64,000 nucleotides of DNA from Macrostomum hystrix (taxonomy: Eukaryota; Animalia; Platyhelminthes). The stretch's first letter is position 1, and each line of letters starts with the position of its first letter. The notes below the pieces were generated by a model. It did no database searches. It saw only the letters and a list, made by a program, of their open reading frames with translations, and had not been told where the DNA came from. Below are positions 34,690 through 44,648 of this stretch, piece after piece. Both the position numbers and the translations under genes were made by a program. The stretch is taken from the NCBI GenBank assembly GCA_950097015.1, contig CATNEN010000038.1:13144001-13208000 (forward strand), written 5' to 3'.

Positions 34690-36030
34690 CTAGGCTGGGC
34701 AGCTCGCCTCGATTGACCGGAGACCTCCCTCCTGAGGTGGGTCAGCTTGGCTGACTGGACTGCCTCCGCGGCCCTCTGCAGGAGGCCTTTCCGCTTTGTG
34801 GAGCGCGCTGGGTGTGCGATCAGAGCCCCCCTCCGCAGCGCGATCTGCCTTTCCGGCGCGGTTATGCTGGGCTTTATGCCCCCTATTCGAGAGCTTTGCT
34901 GCCTTAGGGGCCGAAGCTCCTTCGGCTGCCGCCTCTGTAGGGTTCACGCCCTGCTTTCTGCGCTTGTCTGCCTCAAAAGCTCTGATGCGCAGCTTTAGGA
35001 GGCCGATGGCGATCTGCGTGTCGTCCGGGTACTTGCGCATCCAGACGTCCGACAGGCCAAGAATGGCGGTGAAGCCCCGACCTTCGGGCTGCTGAATGGT
35101 GTCGTGCACCACTAGGCCCGCGGCAGGCAGGTCGCGGTTGACTGCAAGCAGTCCATTCCGCAACTCTTCTGATGAGGTGACGACGCTGGCCGCCGGGACG
35201 AAGATGCGGTGCCTCTTCGTCTGGGGTGGCTCGTCCTCTCGGTGGAAGGCCATATTGGCTTCCCAGCTCTGTTCAGGCAGCATCTCAAGAAGTCGCCGGC
35301 CTGAATCGGCATCGCTGGGCCAGATGAGCAGGCACGAGTCCCGCGTGGCGTGGGTTTTTATAGCCAGAGGCGTGCCCTTCAGAGTTTGCTTCCACAGAAG
35401 CCCGTCGATGACGCGGCTTGCTTGCTTCAGCTGGTCAGCAGTCAGACGCGCGTCTCTGCCTAGGATGACGATCGCCGATTGCCTCTTTGCGACGGCGGCG
35501 AAAGTGGGCCGGTTGCTACCGGCGAGGTTGCGATTTCCCCCAGTCGCGGTGCCAGAGGCCCCACCCTCCAGGGCAGCGTGGCGTGGAGGCCTAGGGCCTT
35601 CCGCGCCCGCCGCCCTGGCTGGCTGGGCTACACTGGCATCGGGCTGGGGGTCCGCAGCAGCGAGGGGGGCCGGCATGGGGTACCCTTCACTGGCTTCGGG
35701 CGCCCTTCCTTCCTCAGGGGTCGGACAGGTGGGCCGGGGGCCTCCCGCCTCGGCCGCCTCGGTCGACTGGGCCTCCTTCGGCCTAGGCCTGGAGTTTGAA
35801 GCGTCGCAGGCGCCCGCGGCCTGCAGCTTTGCTTTGAGGCGTCTGCGGCGGGCAGCGCCGGACGTGCTGCTCAGCTTGGCGTTAGGCGGCTCGTTGGGCC
35901 CAATGCTGGATGGGGCAGGTCCTGTGTAGATTGGTCCTGCGGTGTTCGTGATGTCGTCCGGGGAGGGCCCTTCGCGAGGCGTGGGTGCCTCCTCGATCTC
36001 CATCGTATTATTTAAGTTATTGTCAGTCAT
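34690..36030 (-). CDS. LINE ORF1 (nucleic-acid chaperone / gag-like)
   Basis: 446-aa ORF upstream of ORF2 with basic stretches and a PTFAAVAK motif. A further frame (34391-34624) overlaps the ORF2 ATG, so ORF1 may itself be frameshifted. Confidence 0.75.
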   Translation of the reverse strand: MTDNNLNNTMEIEEAPTPREGPSPDDITNTAGPIYTGPAPSSIGPNEPPNAKLSSTSGAARRRRLKAKLQAAGACDASNSRPRPKEAQSTEAAEAGGPRPTCPTPEEGRAPEASEGYPMPAPLAAADPQPDASVAQPARAAGAEGPRPPRHAALEGGASGTATGGNRNLAGSNRPTFAAVAKRQSAIVILGRDARLTADQLKQASRVIDGLLWKQTLKGTPLAIKTHATRDSCLLIWPSDADSGRRLLEMLPEQSWEANMAFHREDEPPQTKRHRIFVPAASVVTSSEELRNGLLAVNRDLPAAGLVVHDTIQQPEGRGFTAILGLSDVWMRKYPDDTQIAIGLLKLRIRAFEADKRRKQGVNPTEAAAEGASAPKAAKLSNRGHKAQHNRAGKADRAAEGGSDRTPSALHKAERPPAEGRGGSPVSQADPPQEGGLRSIEASCPA

Positions 36031-36159
36031 AACTCGGAGAAGTCGCTGGAAAGCAAAAAAAAGGAATGAATGACCGCTAAAGGCCGGTTTACTCCCCGGA
36101 CCTCCCAGCCCCTCGGCGCGGTGAGACCTTAGGCATTAGAGAGCACAAAAAGGCAGTGC

Positions 36160-36590
36160 CGGGCCCGCAGACTGGCTGCGTACCCTGTAAGGCCGAAGGG
36201 TGGCACCTTTCCCGAGGAACCTGATCACGCACAGGTACACGAAACGCTGCGGACTGGCCGCATACCCTCTTAAGGTCAAAGGGTGACACCCTTTCCTCAG
36301 AGCCGAAGCCAGAGGTACCTGATCACGCACAGGTGCACGAACGCTGCCGACTGGCCGCATACCCTGTTTAAAGGTCAAAGGGTGACACCTTTTCCTCAGA
36401 GCCGTAGCCAGAGGTACCTGATCATGCACAGGTGGACGAACGCTGCGGACTGGCCGCATACCCTGTTAGAGGTCAAAGGGTGACAGCTTTCCCTCAGGGC
36501 CGTAGCCAGAGGTACCTGATCACGCACAGGTGCACGAACGCTGCGGACTGGCCGCATACCCTGTTAAGGTCAAAGGGTGACACCTTACCC
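36160..36590 (-). repeat. ~98-bp tandem repeats (~4 copies) in the LINE 5' UTR
   Basis: GATCA(C/T)GCACAGG at 36223, 36321, 36420 and 36518. Confidence 0.92.
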
Positions 36591-38923
36591 TCCAGCCGGG
36601 GCTAGAGGCACCCAGTTTGGCCAGAGGCCCTGGATGGGTCATCCATCGCTGTTGCCCATTCTGTCCGGCTGCCCTAGGGTCAGCCTTGAACACTCGCGGG
36701 ACGTGTACCCATGGGTCAACTGACGGGACAGCGTGGAGGGGTTCCTGCACCCGAAGGCACAGGGCACCCTCCTACCAAGCCTGCTCAAAAAGCGACTGCA
36801 GGTGTGAGGCATCGCAGACCTTAGCCCGTGGGCCTGGACTGACTCATACCTGTAATTTAGTGCTGCTATCGCAGCCCAACGCGATCCACGAGTGCAGCTA
36901 GCCATATCGTGTTCACAGAGCAAGCAACAAGCTTCAGATGCATCTGCCTACAGGGGTGTGTTTTAACGCACTTTTTAATCAGGAAAACAAACTTGATCTC
37001 TAGAATATTAGCAATATACCTAAAATATGAGTATGACGCGATGTGTGCCAGCACATGTTCATTTACACTTGTTCATGAATAGGCGTGCATCATAACACTT
37101 TATAGTCAAACAGGCTAGCTAAAGCTGCAAAAGTTATTTCTGTACTTCTTTAGCAGCCCAACGCAATACGCGAGAGCAGCTAGTTATAGTGTGTTCACAT
37201 CGCCAGCAACAAGCTTTCGCTAGATCTGCTGACAGAGGGATTGTCAACGATCTTTACAATCGAGAAAACGAGCTAGAACCTTATATTCAAATATTAGCAA
37301 TATACCTGAAATATGAGTTTGACGTGATGTGTGCCAGCAGCACGCGTTAAGCTCTTCAAGCACGTGAGCAAGGTGCTCTAATTGTTCTTTACACTTGAAT
37401 CAACCCGCTTGTCACTGTCAAGCAGGCTAGCTAGAGCTGCAAATGTAATTTAGTGCTGCTATCGCAGCCTAATGCGATCCACGAGTGCAGCTAGCCATAT
37501 CGTGTTCACAGAGCAAGCAACAAGCTTCAGATGCATCTGCCTACAGGGGTGTGTTTTAACGCACTTTTTAATCAGGAAAACAAACTTGATCTCTAGAATA
37601 TTAGCAATATACCTAAAATATGAGTATGACGCGATGTGTGCCAGCACATGTTCATCTACACTTGTTCATGAATAGGCGTGCATCAAAACACTTTATAATC
37701 AAACAGGCTAGCTAAAGCTGCAAAAGTTATTTCTGTACTGCTTTAGCAGCCCTACGCTATCCGCGAGAGCAGCTAGTCATAGCGTGTTCACATCGCCAGC
37801 AACAAGCTTTCGCTAGATCTGCTGACAGGGGAATTTTCAACGATCTCTTCAATCGAGAAAACGAGCTAGAACCTTATATTCAGAATATTAGCAATATACC
37901 TGAAATATGAGTTTGACGTGATGTGTGCCAGCAGCACGCGTTAAGCTCTACAAGCACGTGAGCAAGGTGCTCTAATTGTTCTTTACACTTGAATCAACCC
38001 GTTTGTCACTGTCAAGCAGGCTAGCTAGAGCTGCAAATGTAATTTAGTGCTGCTATCGCAGCCCAACGCGATCCACGAGAGCAGCTAGCCATATCGTGTT
38101 CACAGAGCAAGCAACAAGCTTCAGATGCATCTGCCTACAGGGGTGTGTTTTAACGCACTTTTTAATCAGGAAAAGAAACTTTAAATCTCTAGAATATTAG
38201 CAATATACCTGAAATATGAGTATGACGCGATGTGTGCCAGCACATGTTCATTTACACTTGTTGATGAATGGGCGTGCATCAAAACACTTTATAGTCAAAC
38301 AGGCTAGCTAAAGCTGCAAAAGTTATTTCTGTACTGCTTTAGCAGCCCTACGCTATCCGCGAGAGCAGCTAGTTATAGCGTGTTCACATCGCCAGCAACA
38401 CGCTTTCGCTAGATCTGCTGACAGGGGAATTGTGAACGATATTGTTGTAACGTTTTCGTGATGAATCAGAGAACAAAGGCGGTGGTTCTTTTCGGTTGTT
38501 TGTCGATCGTTTGACCGAGAGCTTGAGGAAGGTTGGAGATTGCACTCCTTGGCTACTTATATTTATAGTGTCCAACGGAATATTCTAGAATGTTTTATTG
38601 CATTATAACAAAGTTAATATTCGGAAATAACTATAGTACGAAATATGTGACGATAAAGTATTATCTGAGTCTTATAATTAACTGCAAGCTGATTAATAGA
38701 AATATAACATTTACTTTTGAGAACTTCTAGAAATTCTGAGAAAATTATAGAAGGATTTGACTTAGAATATTCTCGAAGATTACCTAATTTAGACAATACG
38801 GTACACTGCAATGTTACAATAGTCCCCCCTGCGGGAGACGGAGTCTCCTAAAATATTGCGTTGGCGGGGCTTAACGTACCGTATGATAGGGTAGAGTTAT
38901 GAAAAAAAATTAAATATTCGACA

Positions 38924-41900
38924 TTAAAAATATAGGTAATCATTGTTGTTTTTGAAGCGCACGTGCCGGCCACTCCTGGTAGTCCTTGGTGCTCTCGCCG
39001 CCACCGGAGTCGTCCGTGGTGGCAATGCGATGTCGCTCTGCGCCCGATCCTTGGACGGTTGAGCTTGGTCGGGTGGCTTTGGACGAGGTGTGGCAGCGGC
39101 GGTACGGAGCGGCTTCAGGCGGTCGATTGACACTGCCTCCTGCTGACCTGGGTGGAGCTCCAGAATGAAGAACTTTGCCGTCCGACGTATGACCGGGTAG
39201 GGCCCCTGGTAGGGTGCTTCCAAGGGTTTGCGGACGCGATCCACTCGCACCCAGACCTTTTCCGCCGTCCAGAGGTCTGCTGGGATGTATCGCTTGGCCG
39301 TCGAAGGCGAAGGTCGCGCGCCGTCGTCGGTGATATCGTCCATTCGAAGCCGTAGATCATTGGGGTCGACGTCCTCGGTGGCCAGGACTCTCGGCAGCAT
39401 CGGATGCTCTCCTGTGAGACGCGTGAAAGGGCTGACTCCATCCTCGTCCGGGTTGATGTGCATGGCGAGTAGTGCGAGGGGCAGGTTGTCGAGCCACTCC
39501 TGTCCATGAGCCTTCAGGATGTGCTTGAGCGTCCGGTGAGCTCGCTCGATCTTCCCGTTGGTCTGCGGATGGTACGCTGTCGTCCGAAGCCGGTAGAAGC
39601 CGACGCTGGTAGCCAGGATGTTGAAGAGGTCCGCTTCGAACTGCGCGCCGCGGTCGGTGACGACGTAGAGGGGTACGCCGAATCGCGAGATCCAGGATGC
39701 TAGGAAAGCGGACGCGACACTCTGAGCCGTGATGGACTCGATCGGCGTTGCTTCGATCCAGCTCGTGCCTCTGTCTATCATGGTGAGCAGGTACCGTGGA
39801 GTTAGGCCGCATGAGACGTCGTGCTTTCGCTCGGGAACTGGCAACGGGCCGACAATGTCGATGTGGACGGTCTCAAACCGGTTTGAAGGCAGATCGAACG
39901 CTGAGGTGCCGGATATGGTGTGGCGGCTGACCTTGTTGCGCTGGCAGGTCTGGCAGGCTCGGCAGTAGTCTTTGATATCCGCGCGCATGTTGGGCCAGAA
40001 GTAGCGCGACGTGATGAGGCGAGCTGTCTTGCGGAAACCGAAGTGTCCGATGTCATGAAAGTGTTGCAGCGTCGCTCGTCGCATCGACTCCGGTATGACC
40101 GGGCGCGGGTAGCTCGAGGAGGTCTCACAAAGAATCGTCCGCTGTCCGTTCACCGGGAAGGGTCGGCAGCCCTCGGATGGCTGCAGCTGCTCCTTTGCCT
40201 GACGCTCGGCGATGGCCGGGATGTCGATGGGTGTTGTCGGTAGGACGCTGTTGACCGGGGTGGTGCCCTCGTCAAGCCGGGATAGCGCATCAGCTATGAT
40301 GTTGTCGGAGCCGCGGATATAGGTGATATCCACGACGTACTCGGCGATAACGCTCAGGTACCGTTGATTCCGGTTGGAGGTGCCGGTGTTGCTGCTGCGG
40401 AACGCCTGGGCGAGGGGTTTGTGATCCGTGAAGACTGTTACCTTGCGACCCTCGATCAGGCTCCGGAAGTGCAGAACAGCGAGGTACACTGCGAGAAGTT
40501 CCCTGTCGAAAGCTGAGTACTTCTGTTGTGCTGCCGACAGTTTCTTGCTGAACAAGCCAATGGGCGTCGTGGTAGCGTCGGTCGATTGATGCAGAGCTGC
40601 GCCGACGCTGCTGGACGAAGCATCAGTGACGAGACTGTATGAGTCGCACTTGGGGTCCGGGTGCTGCAGCAGAAGTCTCTCCGCTAAGGTTGCCTTGAGC
40701 TTGTCAAAGGCCTGTTGATGAGCCGGGTCCCATCTGTAGGATCTCGGAGACTGCAGTGTTGTAGTGACGAGATCCTGCAGAGGTGTTGCGATTTCGGCGA
40801 ACTGCGGGACAAAGCGTCGGTAGAACCCGATGACGCCGAGGAATCGACGCAGGGCGTGGGGGTCCTTGGGAGCCGGCCACTGGCGGATGGTGTCGACCTT
40901 GGATGCGAGAGGCCGTATGCCCTCGGCTGATACCTGATGTCCCAGGAAGGTCACCTCGCGCTGCATGAAGGCGCACTTGTTGAGCTGCGCTTTGAGTCCG
41001 TGCTGGGCCAGACGTTGCAGGACTGCTTCCATGTGCTGCAGGTGTTCCTCCTCGCTGGGGGAGGCAACCAGCAGGTCGTCGATGTAGGCGACCGCGAACG
41101 GAAGTCCGCGCAGAACGCTGTCAATGAAACGCTGGAATGTTTGTGCTGCGTTCCTCAGGCCGAATGGCATCCGGGTCCATTCGTAGAGACCAAACGGTGT
41201 AATGATGGCGGTCTTCGGGATGTCCTCCTCGGCGATCGGAATCTGGTGGTACGCTCGTACGAGGTCCAGTTTCGAGAAGACCCTCGCGCCGTGAAGACTT
41301 CTTGTGAAGCACTGAATGTGCGGAATCGGATAGTTGTCCGGCTTGGTGAGCTTGTTGAGTTGCCGGTAGTCGCCACAGGGTCGCCATTTGCCGTTGGGGA
41401 CGCCGTTGTCCTTCTTGGGGACCATGTGTAGTGGTGACGCCCAGTTGCTGGCGGAAGGCCGAATGTATCCGGCGTCGATCAGCTGCTGGAATTCGTCCTT
41501 GGCGATCGCCAACTTCTCGGGATGTAGCTGTCGAGCTTTGGCGTGAACTGGCGGGTGCTCGTAGGTGATGATATGGTGCTTCGTGTCGTGCCCGACCTCC
41601 TCGGCTTTGGGCAAGCGGCCGCCTTCGACGTACGAGAATGTGTCCTTAAAACGGTCGATGAGCTGCTGGACTCGCGCGTCACAGTGCTCCGGGTACGCTA
41701 AGGAGATGGCAAAGGTGTCGAGCTGCAAGCTGGCGACAGGCAGCGTCTGCGTGTGCAGGTTCGTTTCTGGATCCACCAGCTGTCGGGCCTTGCAGTCCAC
41801 GAGCAATCCGAACTGAGACAGAAAGTCGTACCCGAGAATCGGCTGAATGACGGTGGCGACGAGGAAGGTCCACTTAAACGATCGGCGAAGACCTCGGATG

Positions 41901-42154
41901 GCAATGGTGAGCGTAATCTCTCCGGAAACAGGAATGGACTCACCGGTGGCGGTTGTCAATCGGTACCCGGTTGCTTGGAGAGCCTGGTGGAGGTACTTTG
42001 TCGGAATGATGGACACGGCAGCGCCTGTGTCGACAAGAAAGGAGAGGCACCTGTTGCTGAAGGTGAGGTCTACCACCAGGAAGTTTTTTCTCGCCGCACT
42101 CCCAGGCTCGACGCTACTCACTGCGGCGTGGTGGGCAGCGCCATCCTGTTTCCC
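38924..42154 (-). CDS. pol: Gypsy pol (PR-RT-RNase H-IN) via -1 frameshift
   Basis: FLVDTGA; [25 protein letters not shown]; TDAS, DRELLA, TDHKPL; [22 protein letters not shown]; GPY. Slippery site G GGA AAC at 42148-42154. Confidence 0.95.
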   Translation of the reverse strand, partial: GKQDGAAHHAAVSSVEPGSAARKNFLVVDLTFSNRCLSFLVDTGAAVSIIPTKYLHQALQATGYRLTTATGESIPVSGEITLTIAIRGLRRSFKWTFLVATVIQPILGYDFLSQFGLLVDCKARQLVDPETNLHTQTLPVASLQLDTFAISLAYPEHCDARVQQLIDRFKDTFSYVEGGRLPKAEEVGHDTKHHIITYEHPPVHAKARQLHPEKLAIAKDEFQQLIDAGYIRPSASNWASPLHMVPKKDNGVPNGKWRPCGDYRQLNKLTKPDNYPIPHIQCFTRSLHGARVFSKLDLVRAYHQIPIAEEDIPKTAIITPFGLYEWTRMPFGLRNAAQTFQRFIDSVLRGLPFAVAYIDDLLVASPSEEEHLQHMEAVLQRLAQHGLKAQLNKCAFMQREVTFLGHQVSAEGIRPLASKVDTIRQWPAPKDPHALRRFLGVIGFYRRFVPQFAEIATPLQDLVTTTLQSPRSYRWDPAHQQAFDKLKATLAERLLLQHPDPKCDSYSLVTDASSSSVGAALHQSTDATTTPIGLFSKKLSAAQQKYSAFDRELLAVYLAVLHFRSLIEGRKVTVFTDHKPLAQAFRSSNTGTSNRNQRYLSVIAEYVVDITYIRGSDNIIADALSRLDEGTTPVNSVLPTTPIDIPAIAERQAKEQLQPSEGCRPFPVNGQRTILCETSSSYPRPVIPESMRRATLQHFHDIGHFGFRKTARLITSRYFWPNMRADIKDYCRACQTCQRNKVSRHTISGTSAFDLPSNRFETVHIDIVGPLPVPERKHDVSCGLTPRYLLTMIDRGTSWIEATPIESITAQSVASAFLASWISRFGVPLYVVTDRGAQFEADLFNILATSVGFYRLRTTAYHPQTNGKIERAHRTLKHILKAHGQEWLDNLPLALLAMHINPDEDGVSPFTRLTGEHPMLPRVLATEDVDPNDLRLRMDDITDDGARPSPSTAKRYIPADLWTAEKVWVRVDRVRKPLEAPYQGPYPVIRRTAKFFILELHPGQQEAVSIDRLKPLRTAAATPRPKPPDQAQPSKDRAQSDIALPPRTTPVAARAPRTTRSGRHVRFKNNNDYLYF

Positions 42155-43131
42155 GGGGCCTGACTGTGTCGCACTGGCGACGAAGAACGCGATTGAGCAG
42201 GCGTCGTCTCGTTGTTCGAGAGAACATGCGGGGAGTGCCCGGGCGTCTTCGGAAATTGGCACCGTCGGCGACAGGAGCGAGCTTGGAGACCGTAGAAAAC
42301 GTGCGCGCGGCATATGACCGGACGTTGGCCCGGTTTAAAGGGCTTCATGCCGCCCCGATTCGGCTTCCGAGCCTGGCTGGAGTCGCCGTGCGATGTCGCG
42401 GGGAGGGCCGCGACCATGCTAGGCAGAGCAGCGTTGACTTTGCCGAATGTGTTCTGGACTGCGAACATCGAGTCGGCGATTGAAGCGAGTTCTGCTGGCG
42501 ACTGGTGCTGAAAGCCGGATAGAGCGATGCGAAATTCGTTGGGTAGGCAGCGCAGCAGCGTTGCCTTGACCATGTCGGGGCAGGCGGACGGCTGGATTCC
42601 GCATTGCGACATCTTGGCCGTGAGTCGTTGCAGAAAGATGGACGGCTTATCTCCGCCGAGGTCCGAAGTAGCCAGCAGGTCGTTGATTTTCTCCTGCTTG
42701 CTCTTTTGCATCATATTGCAGACGCTTGTCTTCAGAGCAGCGTAGTTGGCTACGGTCTCGGCCGTCAGGAGCACAGAGGCGATGTCCTCAGGCAGGTTTG
42801 CAACGAGATGATGGTACTGAGTATCCTCCGACGTGATGCGTGCCAGCTTGAATTGTGACTCGAGAGTCTGAAACCACGCATCGGGGTTATTGCGGTAGAA
42901 TGGTGGTGCCTTAACGCTTACAGCTGCTAACGTGGGTTGGAAAACTGGCAGTGGCATAGAGTCTGCGACGACGTAAGGCTGACCTAACGATGTAGGAGCA
43001 ATGGTGATGCTGCTGGGCTGGCTCATGGGCGGAGGCGCGGCGCTTGTGGTAGCGCTTGGCTGACTGACTACCGGTGTAGGAGTTGGATTGCTGTCCGACG
43101 GTGAAGTCTTTTCCTCGCTGGGATTTATCAT
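42118..43131 (-). CDS. gag: Gypsy gag
   Basis: VKAPPFY..NPDAWF..LESQF, LGGDKPS, C..H..YG..AR.C...C motifs. Confidence 0.9.
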   Translation of the reverse strand: MINPSEEKTSPSDSNPTPTPVVSQPSATTSAAPPPMSQPSSITIAPTSLGQPYVVADSMPLPVFQPTLAAVSVKAPPFYRNNPDAWFQTLESQFKLARITSEDTQYHHLVANLPEDIASVLLTAETVANYAALKTSVCNMMQKSKQEKINDLLATSDLGGDKPSIFLQRLTAKMSQCGIQPSACPDMVKATLLRCLPNEFRIALSGFQHQSPAELASIADSMFAVQNTFGKVNAALPSMVAALPATSHGDSSQARKPNRGGMKPFKPGQRPVICRAHVFYGLQARSCRRRCQFPKTPGHSPHVLSNNETTPAQSRSSSPVRHSQAPGNRMALPTTPQ

Positions 43132-44648
43132 GTTTATCCGCCTCACCGGACCAGTTGTAACGTTTTCGTGATGAATCAGAGAACAAAGGCGGTGGTTCTT
43201 TTCGGTTGTTTGTCGATCGTATGACCGAGAGCTTGAGGAAGGTTGGAGATTGCACTCCTTGGCTACTTATATTTATAGTGTCCAACGGAATATTCTAGAA
43301 TGTTTTATTGCATTATAACAAAGTTAATATTCGGAAATAACTATAGTACGAAATATGTGACGATAAAGTATTATCTGAGTCTTATAATTAACTGCAAGCT
43401 GATTAATAGAAATATAACATTTACTTTTGAGAACTTCTAGAAATTCTGAGAAAATTATAGAAGGATTTGACTTAGAATATTCTCGAAGATTACCTAATTT
43501 AGACAATACGGTACACTGCAATGTTACATTATGAATCGAGAAAACGAGCTAGAACCCTATATGTAGAATTTTAGCAATATACCTGAAATATGAGTTTGAC
43601 GTGATGTGTGCCAGCAGCACGCGTTCAGCTCTTCAAGCTCGTGAGCATGTTGCTCTAATTGTTCTTTACACTTGAATCAACCCGCTTGTCACTGTCAAGC
43701 AGGCTAGCTAGAGCTGCAAATGTAATTTAGTGCTGCTATCGCAGCCTAATGCGATCCATGAGTGCAGCTAGCCATATCGTGCTCACAGAGCAAGCAACAA
43801 GCTTTAGATGCATCTGCCTACAGGGGTGTGTTTTAACGCACTTTTTAATCAGGAAAACATACTTGATCTCTAGAATATTAGCAATATACCTAAAATATGA
43901 GTATGACGCGATGTGTGCCAGCACATGTTCATTTACACTTGTTCATGAATAGGCGTGCATCAAAACACTTTATAGTCAAACAGGCTAGCAAATGCTGCAA
44001 AAGTTATTTCTCTACTTCTTTAGCAGCCCAACGCTATCCGCGAGAGCAGGTAGTTATAGAGTGTTCACATCGCCAGTAACACGCTTTCGCTAGATCTGCT
44101 GACAGGGGAATCGTGAACGATATTTTGAATCGAGAAAATGAGCTAGAACCATATATTTAGAATTTTAGCAATATACCTGGAAAATGAGTTTGACGTGATG
44201 TGTGCCAGCAGCACGCGTTAAGCTCTTCAAGCACGTGAGCAAGGTGCTCTAATTGTTCTTTACACTTGAATCAACCCGCTTGTCACTGTCAAGCAGGCTA
44301 GCTAGAGCTGCAAATGTAATTTAGTGCTGCTATCGCAGCCCAACGCGATCCACGAGTGCAGCTAGCCATATCGTGTTCACAGAGCAAGCAACAAGCTTCA
44401 GATGCATCTGCCTACAGAGGTGTGTTTTAACGAACTTTTTAATCAGGAAAAGAAACTTTAAATCTCTAGAATATTAGCAATATACCTAAAATATGAGTAT
44501 GACGCGATGTGTGCCAGCACATGTTCATTTACACTTGTTCATGAATAGGCGTGCATCAAAACACTTTATAGTCAAACAGGCTAGCTAAAGCTGCAAAAGT
44601 TATTTCTGTACTGCTTTAGCAGCCCTACGGTATCCACGAGAGCAGCTA

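Larger units (their letters stand above)
30582..36850 (-). mobile_element. Non-LTR retrotransposon (LINE), APE-RT-RNase H type, Loa/R1-group-like
   Basis: 5' UTR with ~98-bp repeats, ORF1, ORF2, short 3' UTR and an (AAGTC/AAGT)n tail at 30582-30600; inserted in the satellite. Confidence 0.92.
38446..43528 (-). mobile_element. Full-length Ty3/Gypsy LTR retrotransposon inserted in the satellite
   Basis: 373-bp LTRs (38446-38818 and 43156-43528, TG...CA, one mismatch seen), PBS at 43136-43153, PPT AGGGGGGA next to the 3' LTR, 4-bp TSD TTGT/TTAT, intact gag and pol. Confidence 0.97.

Noticed and set aside
36215-36560. Hammerhead or pistol ribozyme in the LINE 5' repeats
   Set aside because: CTGATCA...GAA(A)C lacks G8 and the stem-III NUH site and is on the antisense strand. 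The pistol-like AGCG...AGGU arrangement lacks the required pseudoknot partner.
36780-36850. HDV-like ribozyme at the LINE 5' end
   Set aside because: A GGCTAA motif is present, but I could not build P1/P3/L3; the element may be slightly 5' truncated.
30609-42858. Numerous plus-strand ORFs opposite the LINE and Gypsy genes
   Set aside because: Antisense shadows of GC-rich coding sequence with no independent motifs.
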